In this document: piece by piece, positions 24,266-38,610 of the stretch
Position numbering within the stretch: the first letter of the stretch is position 1
Layout: every line of letters starts with the position of its first letter
NCBI GenBank assembly: GCA_951406725.2
Contig: OX597835.1
Location: 50,530,001 to 50,594,000 of the forward strand
Source of the DNA: Octopus vulgaris
Lineage: Eukaryota
Length of the DNA: 64,000 bases
Reading direction: 5' to 3'
The notes under the pieces: model-generated
Seen by the model: only the letters and a program-made list of their open reading frames with translations
Told to the model about the DNA's origin: nothing
Database searches by the model: none
Made by a program: the position numbers and the translations under genes

Positions 24266-27200
24266 CATAGCTTCCCAAAGTGGCCAATATCGCCCACCAG
24301 TGAGTGATGGGCGAATTTCTGGAAAATGGTGGGTGATATGAGCATTTTGTGGGTGACAATGAACTTTTAGAAATTAAGTCTGCATTTACTGATTTCTAGG
24401 CATGCCTAGAATAAGGATGAACTTTTATGGATATGACTACTCGCATGAAATGTCCCTTTGTATTAAAAAAGCAGACTTGTTTATTGCTCGAATATTTTTG
24501 TCACAGTCATTGAAATGGTTGTCATTTGTGCTAAAAATAGCAGCCAAATAGGCCTAGGCCTTAAATCACACTTCGCTACAAAGTTGTTTTTTTTTGTGTG
24601 CATAATCGTATGAAATCCTGCATACAGGATTCAAACTCATAGAAATTTTCTGAACACTCTGAAAAATAAAAAAAGTTATAAGGGGTTATATGTTGTGCAG
24701 AATTCTGTGGTTTCATATCAAAACACAACTGCTATTTTCAGGATGTTGACAAAATGTGCAGTCACACACAAAATGACAGCTTTGAAATTGTGTTTCTTGA
24801 CTGGGTGAAAATGATCAAACTTTAAACCTCTTTAACTTTTTAAAAACATTTTTCAGGAAAAAGTTGAATAACTCCAGCAATTTAGCTTGGAAAGGTAATA
24901 TTAATGTGCCAAATTCTAAAATTTTCAATAAACTTTAATTTTTGAAATGCTGGCAGCCAAACAAACTAGATCTGTATTTGCTTCTGTAAAGATGTGTCAT
25001 CTGACTCTGCTCTGTTGACTTCTTCTCTTTGGAAATACCATTCTGCCTTTCTGATGCCATCTGTAGAAATTCGTTTTCACATTTTCAGTTTACTGATGCC
25101 TCCAGTCAAGAAAATTTGTCAACAGTACAGTAGTGATTATTTATCGTTTGGATTTATTCCCTCTCCTCAGAACTGTCAGTTACCTATGTGCCATCAATCT
25201 TTGCCATCAAACATTGACCAACGAAGCCTTCATGCTTAAAGTATTACTTTGATGCAAAGCATTCTGACAAGAAGGACAAGCCGTTAGCATACTTTCTGCA
25301 ACTGAGCTCCTCTTTCAAAAAGCAAACACTAACATTCATCACGCTGCTCCAGGAAACTAGTAAACGGGACAATGATGGGTTGATTGCATCGTACAACATT
25401 GCATTGCTTGTTGCTAAGCCTGGGAAGTCTCACACAGTTGGAGAAACATTACTTCGCCCAGTTATCGAGGAGGTTTTGTCAAACATTATGCACATAAAAC
25501 CCAATAACATTATGAAGAAGATCCTACTTAGTAATATCACAATTTCTCGATGCATCAATGAAATGGTCAATGATGTCAAACATCAGCTCATTAATATTCT
25601 CCAGCGTTCTGAGTTTTCTATACAAGTGGATGAGTCAACTGCTGTGGACAACCAATGTTTGATGATAGTATATGTTCGATATTTCAGTGAAGACCTTCAA
25701 CCTTGTGAGGAAATGCTGTTCACAGACAAATTGCTGCTTGATTCAAAAGGTGTGACTATTTTCACACTCAAGTCTTTCCTTTTTGAACATAATATCCCAG
25801 TCAGTAATATTCTTGCCTGTGCATCTGATGGAACTCCTTCGATGATAGGAAGATACAGAGGTTTTTCATCTCTCCTAAAGCATGAAATTTCACTCTAGAT
25901 ACTAACTGCTCATTGCTTGGCACACCAGCAGCATTTAGGGGCAAAAAATATGAATGGTACATTGAATGATGCGCTACAGTTAGTTATGAAGACTGTGAAC
26001 AAATTGGAGTCCAGTCCTTTGACTGATCAAATTTTCTGTCAAGTCTGTCTGAGAAATGAGGACCATACGAAACTCTTATACCAGAACAAAGTGTGGTGGC
26101 TGTCAAAAGGAAACTGTTTTACGCTTTATTGAACTGGTTCATAGAATATCTTTTTCTTTGAAGATACTCCACTATCCACGTCATTGATGGTTGTAAAGTG
26201 TGATTTTATTTTTCTTTGTGATATATTCACAAAATTAAATGATTTGAATAAGTTGTTACAAGGAAACAGAAAATCTCTGATTGATTGTAAATCATTTATC
26301 ACTACCTCCATTTTGAAACTGGTGTTGTTTAAGACTAACATTTCAAAACATCAATTCCATCAATTTCTACAACTTGATTCTTTGAAAGATGAATAGGTTG
26401 ATGAGGTTTTAACTACATATCGCAGCCATTTACAATCATTGCACAATAACATGGTGGAATGATTTCAAGATGTTATTGCGCTGAATATTCCAAATTGGTA
26501 TATTGAGGTCAATGCAGTTGATTGTGAGGATGATGTTCAGGTGGAATTGATAGAATTACAAAATAATAATGACACCACAATACGATATCGCCAGAATGGC
26601 AAAGAAAGTTTGTGGTACCATCAGAGTATATTGAATTCTTACCCCAGTCTGTGGAAACATTTGGAATTACTTTTGCTTGCCTTTCTTACCTCATACCCAG
26701 TTGAATCTGGTTTTAACCATGTTGGAACTTTATTTTCCCATAAAAGAATTGGACTGGATGTGACACATTGAGGAGACTTGCGGCTAAAGTCAACAAGTTT
26801 GAAACCAAATTTATCTGCACATGCTGCATCACACCAGATCCGGGGTTCTCATTAAAAAGTTTTATTCTTTTCCTTTATAATACAATCATAAATTATTTTT
26901 GCATCGGTAGTTCTGATCAATGGTTCATTTGGGGAAAATGAAAATCAGTGTAAAGGAAAGTGCAAGTTTCCAGAAGTTAATCTGTTTGAAAAATATAAAA
27001 TTAACGTTAGAATTTTATTGACACTAATGGCAAAACTAAACCCACAATAAGGGATTTGTAAACAACCGCATATTAGTCCAAATGGCACTAACAGGGCAAC
27101 GAGTTTACGATATAGTGTATGTGTCAAATGATACAGGGTTGGGGTCCTAGGGGATTTTGTGTTGGGTGGGGTTGTGTCAGGGTTTTTTACACAGGTGGGC

Positions 27201-27268
27201 GATGGAGCAGTTTTTAGCCTATAGGTGAGTGATATTGCAATTTGGTGCAAAAAGTTTGGGAAGCACTG
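24266..27268 (+). mobile_element. hAT (Charlie/Buster-like) DNA transposon with decayed transposase
   Basis: TIRs catagcttcccaaa / tttgggaagcactg; ASYNIALLVAK.GK.HT.GE, FSIQVDEST, SDGxPSM.G, HCxxH, WLSKG, TSY.VESGF motifs broken by stops. No TSD visible. Confidence 0.85.
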
Positions 27269-28544
27269 CAATGGTTGTACAGCTGCTAGAAGTAGCAACC
27301 GAATCCTTCGTCAAAAGATAGTCTATCATCTTAAGGAAAAGGACATATTGGATTATGTAGTACAAGATACATTGTATGTAAAAAAAATAAAATAGATAAT
27401 GTTAGTCACAGCTGGAATGTCTTTGATATCAAGCTTAATCTGTGCTAAGTAACAACAGCTATCCATTGTTTTGATGTTTAACATAAATGTATTCAGTTTA
27501 AAGAAATACGATTGGCTGATTGGTTCACTTTGAAATATTTGTTTGTTTTTCTGTGCTGGTATGGGTTAGGTGAAACTTCTTGTAGGCATTGATTTATGAT
27601 TATTTTAAGCCTGTATTTCCTGTCACCAATCCTTACCTTTCAGACTAGGTTTTCTTTCTGTTTTATTCCATCTCTCTCCAAAAGCATAGAGCTTCAGAAT
27701 TAATTATTTACAGGGAATGTAAATTTGGTGTCCATTTTGCTCAGGCATTGCCATGTGAAGACTTGAAATGTCACCATTTATGTACATACACGTATACCCA
27801 CACATATGTGTGCATACACATATACTCACCCATAAGACAGGCTTCCACACAATTTCCATCTAATGATTTCACTTAGAAGATATTGATCAATCTGAGTAAA
27901 CAGAGTAAAGACCCCTTCCAGTTATGAATGACCATGGGATTGCACCTAGAAAGTTACCCTCTGAGGCACAAGTCCAAATAATTTTGTTTATGGAAGACTG
28001 GTAGTTGCCCATGCATACCAGCCTCCACACCACTGATGTTATCCAAGAGAAAGGCAAAGTTGATACAGTTTGGCACCAGTGATATCGCAACTCATTTCTG
28101 CAGCTGAGTGAACTGAAGCAACATGAAATAAAGTATCTTGCTCAAGAATTCAATCCACAGCTCGGTCCAGGAATTGAACTCACTACCTCATGATAGTGAT
28201 CAACCTGAGGTTAAGGTTAATAACTCTTGTGCAAGGTACCATGCAGTGGTACCAAACTCAGAACCATGTAATTGTGGAGCGTTGTGGAAATATTCCGACA
28301 AAGCCCCCCCCCCAAGTGACTACAGGTGGATCGGCTCATTATTATAAATTAAAGAACTGAGTGATTGGCAGTTAGGGTTGGTAAGCAGTTCACTGTGAGC
28401 TTTTGATATAGAGTTGTGAGTTTCGTGTAAATGCTTTCACCCCCCACCCCTGCTTCATTATATTATCTATCCAACGTATGAGGATATAAAATGGAGTAAA
28501 CATTTTAACCATTTGCCTATACTTTTACCTTTTAAATTTTTATG

Positions 28545-30232
28545 GTCCCCCGATCCCTTATCTGCTGGTCAATGAGGAAACTAGGGATAGATGAATGGTT
28601 AGTGAGAGTTGTGCAAGCCATGTACAGGGATGCTGTCAGTAAGGTGAGGGTTGGCAACGAGTACAGTGAAGAATTCTAGGTAGGGGTCCACCAAGGATCA
28701 GTCCTCAGCCCCCTCTTATTCATCATACTGCTCCAGGCAATAACAGAGGAATTCAAGACAGGATGCCTCTGGGAGCTCCTCTATGCTGATGACCTTGCCC
28801 TAATTTTGTTTATGGAAAAAACTATCAAAACTAGAGAAGTTTCAGGTGTGGAAACAAGGCTTAGAATGGAAGGGCTTTACAGTCAACCTAGCTAAAACCA
28901 AAGTCTTAATAAGTAGGAAGGCAGACAAACAGGTAGATGGCCCTACTCAATCTGAAGAAAAGGCGTAGGTAGAAACTCCATAAGATGTACCCAGTGTAAG
29001 CTATGGACACATAAGAGGTGCAGCAATATCAAAGGAAGGCTAACTGGGAAGATAGTTTTTGTATGTGGTAAATGCGCAGGAGCAATAAACACTGAAAATG
29101 TGCAGAGAACAACTTCCGCTACATTCCAGGGGAAAGACTAGTAGTTGATAGCTTCCATTACCTAGGTGACCAAGTCAGTAGCGAGGGTGGATGCTCTGAA
29201 AGTAGCTGTTAGAATAAGAATAGCCTGGGCAAAGTTCAGAGAGCTCCTACCTCTGCTGGTGACAAAGGGCCTCTTGCTCAGAGTAAAAGGTAGACTGTAT
29301 GATGCATGTATGCGGACAGCTATGTTACATGGTAGTGAAACATGGGCTGTGATTGCTGAGGACATGCGTAAGCTTGCAAGGAATGAAGCCAGTATGCTCC
29401 ACTGGATGTGTAATGTCAGTGTGCATACATGACCGTGTAAGCGCCCTGAGAGAAATATTGGATTTATGAAGCATCAGATGTGGTGTACAAGAGAGATGAC
29501 TGCGCTGGTATGGTCATGTATTGCAAATGGATGAGCCATGTATTTCAAAGCTGTATGAAAAGTGTCACACCCTAGCAGTTGAGGGAACCTGTGGAAGAGG
29601 TAGACCCAGGAAGACCTGGGATGAGGTGGTGAAGCACAAACTTTGAACATTGGGCCTCACTGAGGCAATGACTAGTGACCAAGACCTTTGGAGGTATGCT
29701 GTGCTTGAGAAGACCCGACATACCAAGTGAGACCATAACCCATGGCCTATACCAGTGGTGTATAACCATTCCACGTATGAGTACCCTTCATTCATTGGAC
29801 ACTAAACTTTGCTTGCGAAAACCTGTTGAGGCAACTAAAATCAAAATCACTGCCAGTGGAATGTTAAAAGCATCATCTGAGCATGATTGTTGCCAGGGCC
29901 ATTGACTGGCTCCCATGCTGGTGGCACGTAAAAAGCACCATTCAAATGTGATCGTTGCCAACGTCGCCTTACTGGCACATTTGCCGGTGGCATGTGAAAT
30001 ACAACATTTGAGTGTGGTTGTTGCCAGTACTGCCTGACTGGCCGTTGTGCTGGAGGCACATAAAATCACCCACTACACTCATGGAGTGATTGGCATTAGG
30101 AAGGGCATCCAGCTGTAGAAACTATGCCAGATCAGGTTGGAGCCTGGTGCAGCCTTCTGGCTCACCTGTCCTCAGTCAAACTGTCCAACCCATTCTAGCA
30201 TGAAAAGCAGATGTTAAACGATGATGATGATG
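28545..30232 (+). mobile_element. RTE LINE (PHD family), 5'-truncated and degenerate
   Basis: Homologous to 3787-5049; LYADD, GSETW, GAT tail. Confidence 0.88.
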
Positions 30233-30371
30233 CTGTCTCAGAAAATGACACAAATAACTTGTTTCAAGTTAATTCTTACAAGAAAGAAAAAAAATTTCTA
30301 AAATTAAGAATTATCAATTACTAGAAGTTTTTATTGTTGAAATATTTAATTTTTATGTTCCCACAGTAATT

Positions 30372-30602
30372 TTAAACCTTTTGTTAACATATCTCTTTTG
30401 AAATGAACTCTCTTTATTTCACCTTATTCTTGAATTAATGAAGAATTTAGTAAAATAATTTTGTTGTTACCAAAATGATTTTAAGAATATAAACTGTGAA
30501 ATTTATGATGGCAGGGTTTCGTTTAGATTTGTTTAGAAGGGGAAGTTTTTATCATAGAAGCAGGAGAAGATTTGGACTTGTTAGAATAACAAGAATGGTT
30601 AA
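30372..30602. mobile_element. Degenerate TTAA-type MITE
   Basis: ttaaaccttttgtta ... taacaagaatggttaa imperfect TIRs. Confidence 0.4.
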
Positions 30603-30742
30603 CCATCTACTGTATACTGAAGTCTAAATATTTTGTTGCAACAGCCATTTTAACGCTATGTGCAGTCTATAGAATCATAAGTTCTTTCATCTGTGCATCA
30701 TCATGTTATTCTAATACTCTGATGTGATTCTCTCTTCTACAG

Positions 30743-30802
30743 AAACAAGGGAAGAAATTACAGAGAGGAGGAAAAGATATATGGGATGATTTCAAAGTGA
30801 AG
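30743..30802 (+). CDS. DENND1: DENND1 exon (KQGKKLQRGGKDIWDDFKVK), probable GC donor
   Basis: cttctacag acceptor; ends AAG/gcaaga; in frame with both neighbours. Confidence 0.78.
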
Positions 30803-31131
30803 GCAAGATTTTTTCTTAACTTTTCTATTCACTAGATATAGAATTTTTTCTGTGGTGTGAAGATGTCAAAACAGGAACCAACTTTTCACTTTCAGTTAAA
30901 TGGAGATTCAGAGAGAACTGCAATTTTCACAATCTTTGAAACAATTGCAAAAGTACTGAATATATTTTTTTATTCAGTCTTCCCTTTACATACACAGTTG
31001 TTTCCTTTTAGATTTTGCTGAAGCCTCTTGAACATTACTGAGATATAATTGTATTTCTGATTGAAAAAAAAAAAGAAAACCATTTCAATAAGGAAGGCAA
31101 TAATACAGAAATAAGTTGCATGTGTTTGTGC

Positions 31132-31176
<45 letters not shown>

Positions 31177-32373
31177 GGCAAACCTGTTTCTGAATGGAGT
31201 TAGTGATGACTCGGAATGATCTGCCTTTGTCAGATTCATGCCATTGTCAAGCTTCATATTATCCAGTTTAGTCTGTGGGGAGATGTCATCTTAGTGTGTT
31301 TCTCAATGACAATATTTATTGAAGGGAAACAGACTGAAACTTGCAATCAGAATAACTTCACACACTTCTAACACAAAGCCTACAAACTTCATCATATGAT
31401 GGATCATGTGTTAATATGAAAAATTTGAGATTATAATTTTTTTGTGTTTTGTATATTGATCACCATCATTATCATTTTAATGTCCATACCATGCTTACAC
31501 GAGTCAGGTGGAATTTATTGAGGCAAATTCTCTGTGGCCACATATCCTTTCTGTTGCCCCCATAGCCAGATAAGTTTTTCAGGGAAGACTGGAAATGATA
31601 ACACTTCTTTACAACTGCCGTGTGGTATCAAGGCAAGGAGACACACTCATATGTATGTGTGTGCATATATATATAACTACACACACATATTATGTCCTAC
31701 TTTCAGCTTCCATCTACCAAATCCGCTATCAAGACTTTGGTTAGCTTGAAGCTGTAGTAGAAGACACATGCCCAAGGTGCCATGCAAGGGTGTATATCCT
31801 TCAGTCACTAAAAAGTAAACGCTAACAAGAGTACACTCTACCTTCTAGGAAGTTTAGCTTTATTTTGTTGGTTTTCCAGTAACTTTCAGCAAATAGTTTA
31901 ATAATCTCTGATCTATATATTTAAATGATATGGAATTTTTGGTAATACATTAAGGCATTACATTTCTTTTGTGTTGTTGATTCCACTCAGTCCTTAACTC
32001 TGATATATAGACTGGGATACAGTGTAGTTGGTTAAGATTAACGTCAGTTCATAGTTGGTGCTTCATTTTAGCAACCCTGAAAGGACAAAAACAAAATTGA
32101 TTTAAGTAATATGTGAACTGGGAAACATAAGAGGGTTAGTAAAAACCTAAATGAACAATTAGCTTGCCTGTTTTCCATGTGAAGAAACAGTGAAGCATGA
32201 AATGAATCAACCACTTTACAAGGAGGGAATGGGACAGTTTCCTATTTTTTAACTAACACCAGGAAACTTTTCGTGGTGATATGAGTTGATGTCTGAGGCA
32301 ACTGAGGCTTCCAGTGTCAATAAATCCATTGCCTGTCTCAGACATTCATTGCTCTTCCTCTGTTCTTCTTTAG

Positions 32374-32406
32374 GCAGGACCTGCTATGAATAATGCTGTC
32401 CAGTCT
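32374..32406 (+). CDS. DENND1: DENND1 33-nt micro-exon (AGPAMNNAVQS)
   Basis: Long pyrimidine tract + tag acceptor, gtaagt donor; resembles ANPAMKTV of DENND1A. Confidence 0.85.
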
Positions 32407-32589
32407 GTAAGTTTATATTTATCTTCTCCTTGCTCCTCTTTTCCCACCTCTTCTTTGGTAATTCATCCCCATTTTATTAAATCTTTGGGTAAGCTTTTGA
32501 AAATCTACCCTGCAGCTGTGTCAGTGCCTAGATACAATTTAAACAAATCATCCATTTTATTTTCCCTCTTATATTTTTTTTTACTATTC

Positions 32590-32982
32590 TATTATATATA
32601 TATATGTGTATGTATATATATATGTGTGTGTGTATATATATATATATATAGATGTATATATATATGCGTATATATATATATAAATATGTGTGTGTGTATA
32701 TATATGTACATATAGGTGTATATATATGCATATATATATATGTATGTGTATATATATGTGTATGTGTATATATATATGTGTATATATATATATGTATGTA
32801 TATATTTGTATATATATATATGTGTTTGTATGTATATATATATGTGTGTATATATGTACATATATATGTGTTTGTATGTATATATATATATGTGTGTATA
32901 TATGTACATATATGTGTATATATATATGTATATATGTGTGTGTATATATGTGCATATATATGTGTATATATATATGTATGTA

Positions 32983-33030
<48 letters not shown>
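32590..33030. repeat. Compound (TA)n/(TG)n microsatellite
   Basis: Directly visible. Confidence 0.95.
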
Positions 33031-33517
<487 letters not shown>

Positions 33518-33529
33518 CACACACACAGG

Positions 33530-34415
33530 TTAAATGAAAAGGGGGGGGGAGAATTGAGACCAAATGGCATAAAAGAGCGAAGAGAGAAGATTAATCCCTG
33601 TTCACGGCGCAAGCAGGAATCTGGATGGCCTCTGTGCAAGGACAATCCAAACACAGACAGGTGTTGCAAGGAGTGACTGGTGGAGCTGAAATGGTATGGG
33701 ACCGGTGTGTCATTGGCAAGGAGGATGTCTCGGAGGTGTTCTGCCAACTGGTCAGCCAAGCGGCATCCCGTTTGTCCGATGTACAGGGAATGGCAGAGAG
33801 AGTAGGAGATGCAATAGATGATATTGCTGGAGGTGCAGGTGAATGAGTTGATGATGCGATAGGGTCGATGATGAGTGCAAGTGCGGCAACGTGGGCGGGA
33901 GCAGGGGAATGAGCCAGGTTGGGAGGTAGGGTCAGGGAAGAAGCTGTGGACCAAGAGGTCTCGTAGGTTATGGGCTTGTTTGAAGGAGGGGAGGGGTCGG
34001 TTAGGGAAGAGGTGTGAAGTGGACGGGTCGGACTGGAGATGCTGGAAAGCTCGTAGAATGGTGTGCTGGAGAGGTGGGGTGGTGAGGGGAAAAGGGAGGC
34101 GGGAGACTGCAGGGTGGGTTCGGGGTGAGAGAGCAGATGCACGGTCTATGGAATGTGCTCTGGCAAGGGCGGTGTGGATAGTGGTGAGGGGGTATCCACG
34201 TAGGATGAAGTGGCAAGCCATGAGTTGAGACTGAGTCTCAAAGTCATGGTCGTCACTACAGAGCCTGCGTAGACGGAGGAATTGAGAATAAGGGATGGAA
34301 AGCTTGGTGTGTTTGGGGTGGGAGGAGGAGTTTAGGTCTGAGCGTGAGTCTGTGTGTTTGTAGTGAATGGAGGTGGTAAGAGTGGAGTGATGAATGCTGA
34401 CCAAAATGTCAAGAA
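33530..34415 (-). mobile_element. Penelope-like element 3' fragment (thumb, Cys knuckle, GIY-YIG endonuclease)
   Basis: SSHP.H.K.SIPYSQFLRLRRLCS, CSRPRCRTC, NIIYCI...LYIGQT..RL...EH. Confidence 0.9.
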
Positions 34416-34419
34416 AAGT

Positions 34420-34706
34420 TAAACCTTCTAGAATCTTCTACATTCAACCATTTTTGACGTCACTGCTTATAACAGAATATTTTAAAGAAACACTCATTAT
34501 TGCTATGGGCTCCATGTGGGCAGTCATCTAAAAGTTTTTGTGCATCTTGATGCTGACATAAGTTCCTTACTTTTCCTGATGAGAAGGCGGCATAATGCAC
34601 CCTTTATTCCTTCGAAATTAGGAATATGCAGCCCTCGAAACATATGTCGAAAATAAAATAAAGGAATTTTGTTAATTCGTCGTTCAACTCCATTCTTTCA
34701 TTTATT

Positions 34707-34710
<4 letters not shown>
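34420..34710 (+). mobile_element. PLE terminal-repeat remnant related to 11260-11510
   Basis: Shared tttgacgtca...cactcattat...ggcagtcatc...ctgatgagaag...gaaacatatgtcga...ggaattttgttaa...ctccattctttcatttatt. Confidence 0.8.
34571..34653 (+). ncRNA. Type I hammerhead ribozyme
   Basis: UUUUC CUGAUGA GAAGGC...GCCCUC GAAAC AUAU GUC^GAAAA. Confidence 0.8.
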
Positions 34711-34803
<93 letters not shown>

Positions 34804-34897
34804 TTAGAGACAAAACCACTATTTTGCAAATCAAACAAAGAAAGACTTAATCCAATACATAAAAATTTTTAATATAAATTAAATTAAATAAAATTCG

Positions 34898-34943
34898 CCA
34901 CTACAATTGTTTCGTGTCTCTTCTAAGGACATTCATCAGGTGG
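34898..34943 (-). ncRNA. Minimal hammerhead ribozyme
   Basis: Minus: CCAC CUGAUGA AUGUC CUUAGAAGA GACAC GAAAC AAUU GUA GUGG. Confidence 0.8.
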
Positions 34944-34992
34944 ATTTCAGATCTTCTATTCATAACTTAAAATTGAATAGAAGATCTGAAAT

Positions 34993-35038
34993 CCACCTCA
35001 TGAATGTCCTTAGAAGAGACACGAAACAATTGTAGTGG
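34993..35038 (+). ncRNA. Hammerhead with G5C core mutation (probably inactive)
   Basis: CCAC CUCAUGA...GAAAC AAUU GUA GUGG. Confidence 0.7.
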
Positions 35039-35227
35039 CGAATTTAATTTTATTTAATTTATATTAAAAATTTTTTTATGTATTGGATTAAGTCTTTCTT
35101 TGTTTGATTTGCAAAATAGTGGTTTTGTCTCTAATTAATATTATATAATATTTTGCTATAAAATTGGATTCAATCCTAAATCTGATTTTTCCCTGTAAAT
35201 TTGGATTTATTCCCTAATATTTATTAT

Positions 35228-35898
<671 letters not shown>

Positions 35899-35981
35899 TA
35901 AAATATTATTAGAGACAAAACCACTATTTTGCAAAACAAACAAGGAAAGACTTAATCAATACATAAAATTTTAAAAAACCG

Positions 35982-36024
35982 CCACTACAATTGTTTCTTG
36001 TCTTGATCGACAATCTTCAGGTGG
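35982..36024 (-). ncRNA. Minimal hammerhead ribozyme
   Basis: Minus: CCAC CUGAAGA UUGUC GAUCAA GACAA GAAAC AAUU GUA GUGG. Confidence 0.85.
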
Positions 36025-36084
36025 ACTTCCAATAAGTCAGTTTCAAATTATGAAGTCATAATTTGAAACTGACTTATTGGAAGT

Positions 36085-36127
36085 CCACCTGAAGATTGTC
36101 GATCAAGACAAGAAACAATTGTAGTGG
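36085..36127 (+). ncRNA. Minimal hammerhead ribozyme
   Basis: CCAC CUGAAGA UUGUC GAUCAA GACAA GAAAC AAUU GUA^GUGG; predicted cleavage after 36123. Confidence 0.85.
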
Positions 36128-36338
36128 CGGTTTTTTTGACTATTTATTAAAATTTTATGTATTGATTAAGTCTTTCCTTGTTTGTTTTGCAAAATAGTGG
36201 TTTTGTCTCTAATAATATTTTATAATATTTTACTATAAAATTGGATTTAATCCTAAATCTGATTTTTTCCCTGTAAATTTGGATTTATTCCCTAATATTT
36301 ATTATTTATATATATATATTATTTTATTATATAGAAGG

Positions 36339-36389
36339 AGCTTCTACAGGACTAGAACTGTTTCATTCAAAAGAAATCATCAGGAAGCT
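36339..36389 (-). ncRNA. Type I hammerhead ribozyme with a full stem III
   Basis: Minus: AGCUUC CUGAUGA UUUC UUUU GAAU GAAACAG UUCUAGUC CUGUA^GAAGCU; 6-bp stem I, 4-bp stem III. Confidence 0.82.
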
Positions 36390-36634
36390 ATTTGACAAGA
36401 GTTGTTTTGGCATTTATACATTTAGGCAGGTTTAAAGGGGTGGTGGTGGGGGAATTTTTTTGGGGTAGGCATGGCGCAAAACTATCATTATTAGGGGAGT
36501 GGTCAAAGGAATCGGTGGTAAAGTAGATAAAAGAATAAATAAAAGAATAAAAGAATAAATAGAAAAATAGAGTTTTAGGTAAGTAAGGAAACTCTCATAT
36601 ATATATATATATATATATACACCCACATATTCAC

Positions 36635-36665
<31 letters not shown>

Positions 36666-36688
36666 CATACACATACATACATACATAC

Positions 36689-36727
<39 letters not shown>

Positions 36728-37111
36728 CATATATATACACACACACATGTACATACACACACATACACATATACATACATATATATATATATATACATAT
36801 ATATACACACACACATGTACATACACACACATACACATATACATACATATACATATATGTATACACACTCGCACATATATATATGTATATATATATTTTG
36901 TGAAATAGAAAGATGAATAATCTTGTTGCAGATTAATCAAAAGTTTAACCGATACCTTGGTAGCAAAAATCACAGCAGAAGACAGCACGGTTGGAGGTAC
37001 AACCCTATGGTGTTGCAACCGTGCGCTGGTGCGGATAATTGAATTTTAATATTATTAGTGAATTGAATAAATGGAGTTGAACGAAGATTGAACAGAAATC
37101 GTTTTATTGCA

Positions 37112-37191
37112 TTCTACACGTGTTTCGAAAGGCACAATTTACCAAATTCCGATTGAATAAGGAGACCATATTGAGTCTTTCTCTTCAGGAA
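37112..37191 (-). ncRNA. Hammerhead ribozyme with long stem II
   Basis: Minus: UUC CUGAAGA GAAAG...CUUUC GAAAC ACGU GUA GAA; palindromic stem III ACACGUGU. Confidence 0.75.
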
Positions 37192-38004
37192 GAAATAGAA
37201 ATCCGTTGGAAAAAAAAACAGAACAGAGGCGGAGCAAGACAAATCGAACGAGGCTCTAAGAGCCCATGGCCAAATGTTTATCAATGTATGTTGAAAACGG
37301 GTGGTGGGTGTGTGAAGATTTAACGGGTCAGGCAGCGGTCATTCCAGTGGGTGAGCACTTAGATGTCTTTGTGACCGAGATAAAGATCTGAATTTCAAGA
37401 ATATTAGGTGTATTATATGGGGCAAGACAAAATCTACTTAGAAATGATGTGTGTGTGCGTAAACAGCCCTACACAATGGTCACTGCTGTAAAATCAGTAA
37501 TGGTCACTGCTGTAAAATCAGTCGGGTGGCAGAAAAATATTTTATGTGTGTGTGTGTTTGTCTATCATGCCTTGTCAAAGAAACCCCCCTTTCTTTGACA
37601 AGGCATGATTAGACGAACACACGCACACATAAAATATTTTTCTGCCACCCGACTGATTTTACAGCAGTGACCATTACTGATTTTACAGCAGTAACCATTG
37701 TGTAGGGCTGTTTACGTACACACACACATATTTCTAAGTAGATTTTGTCTTGCCCCATATAATACACCTAATATTCTTGAAATAGTCAGATCTTTAGTCT
37801 CGGTCACAAAGAACATCTAAGCACCCCGTGCTCTCACCCACTGGAATGACCGCTGCCTGACCCGTTAAAGTCTTCCACGCACCCACCACCCGTTTTCAAC
37901 ATACATTGATAAACAGTTTGGCCATGGGCTCTTAGGAGCCTCGTTCGATTTGTCTTGCTCCGCCTCTGTTCTGTTTTTGTTTTTTCCAACGGATTTCCTA
38001 TTTC

Positions 38005-38084
38005 TTCCTGAAGAGAAAGACACAATATGGTCTCCTTATTCAATCGGAATTTGGTAAATTGTGCCTTTTGAAACACGTGTAGAA
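38005..38084 (+). ncRNA. Hammerhead ribozyme with long stem II
   Basis: UUC CUGAAGA GAAAGACACAAU...AUUGUGCCUUUU GAAAC ACGU GUA^GAA. Confidence 0.75.
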
Positions 38085-38402
38085 TGCAATAAAACGATTT
38101 CTGTTCAATCTTCGTTCTACTCCATTTATTCAATTCACTAATAATATGTATATATATATATACATACACACACATACACATGCATATACATGCACACACA
38201 TACACACACATTTTTATTCCCTTATTTTAATTTTATTATTACTTTTGTTTATATCTTTATTGCTGTTGCCGGTGGTGTCCACCTTGGGTCTATTTGCTGT
38301 GGCGGTCTTGTGTATTGTGGATAGTCCCATCTGCAAGATTGAGTTTGATGAAGCCAGGTTAGCTGCTGTACAATCTTTTGTGCCATGCACAAAAAAGATT
38401 CT

Positions 38403-38443
<41 letters not shown>

Positions 38444-38444
38444 G

Positions 38445-38475
<31 letters not shown>

Positions 38476-38502
38476 GTATATATATATACATGTATGTATG
38501 TG

Positions 38503-38533
<31 letters not shown>

Positions 38534-38610
38534 GTATATATATATACATGTATGTATGTGTATATATATATATATATACATGTATGTATGTATATATATA
38601 TATATATATA

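Larger units (their letters stand above)
36900..38147 (-). mobile_element. Larger fold-back PLE-derived element (~540-bp arms, centre ~37586)
   Basis: Arms ~37047-37583 and ~37590-38147; the outer end aataaatggagttgaacgaag resembles the Naiad-like terminal repeat at 8720. Confidence 0.8.

Noticed and set aside
24994-26830. Domesticated ZBED5/FAM200-like host gene
   Set aside because: Multiple stops and frameshifts plus flanking TIRs indicate a dead hAT transposon.
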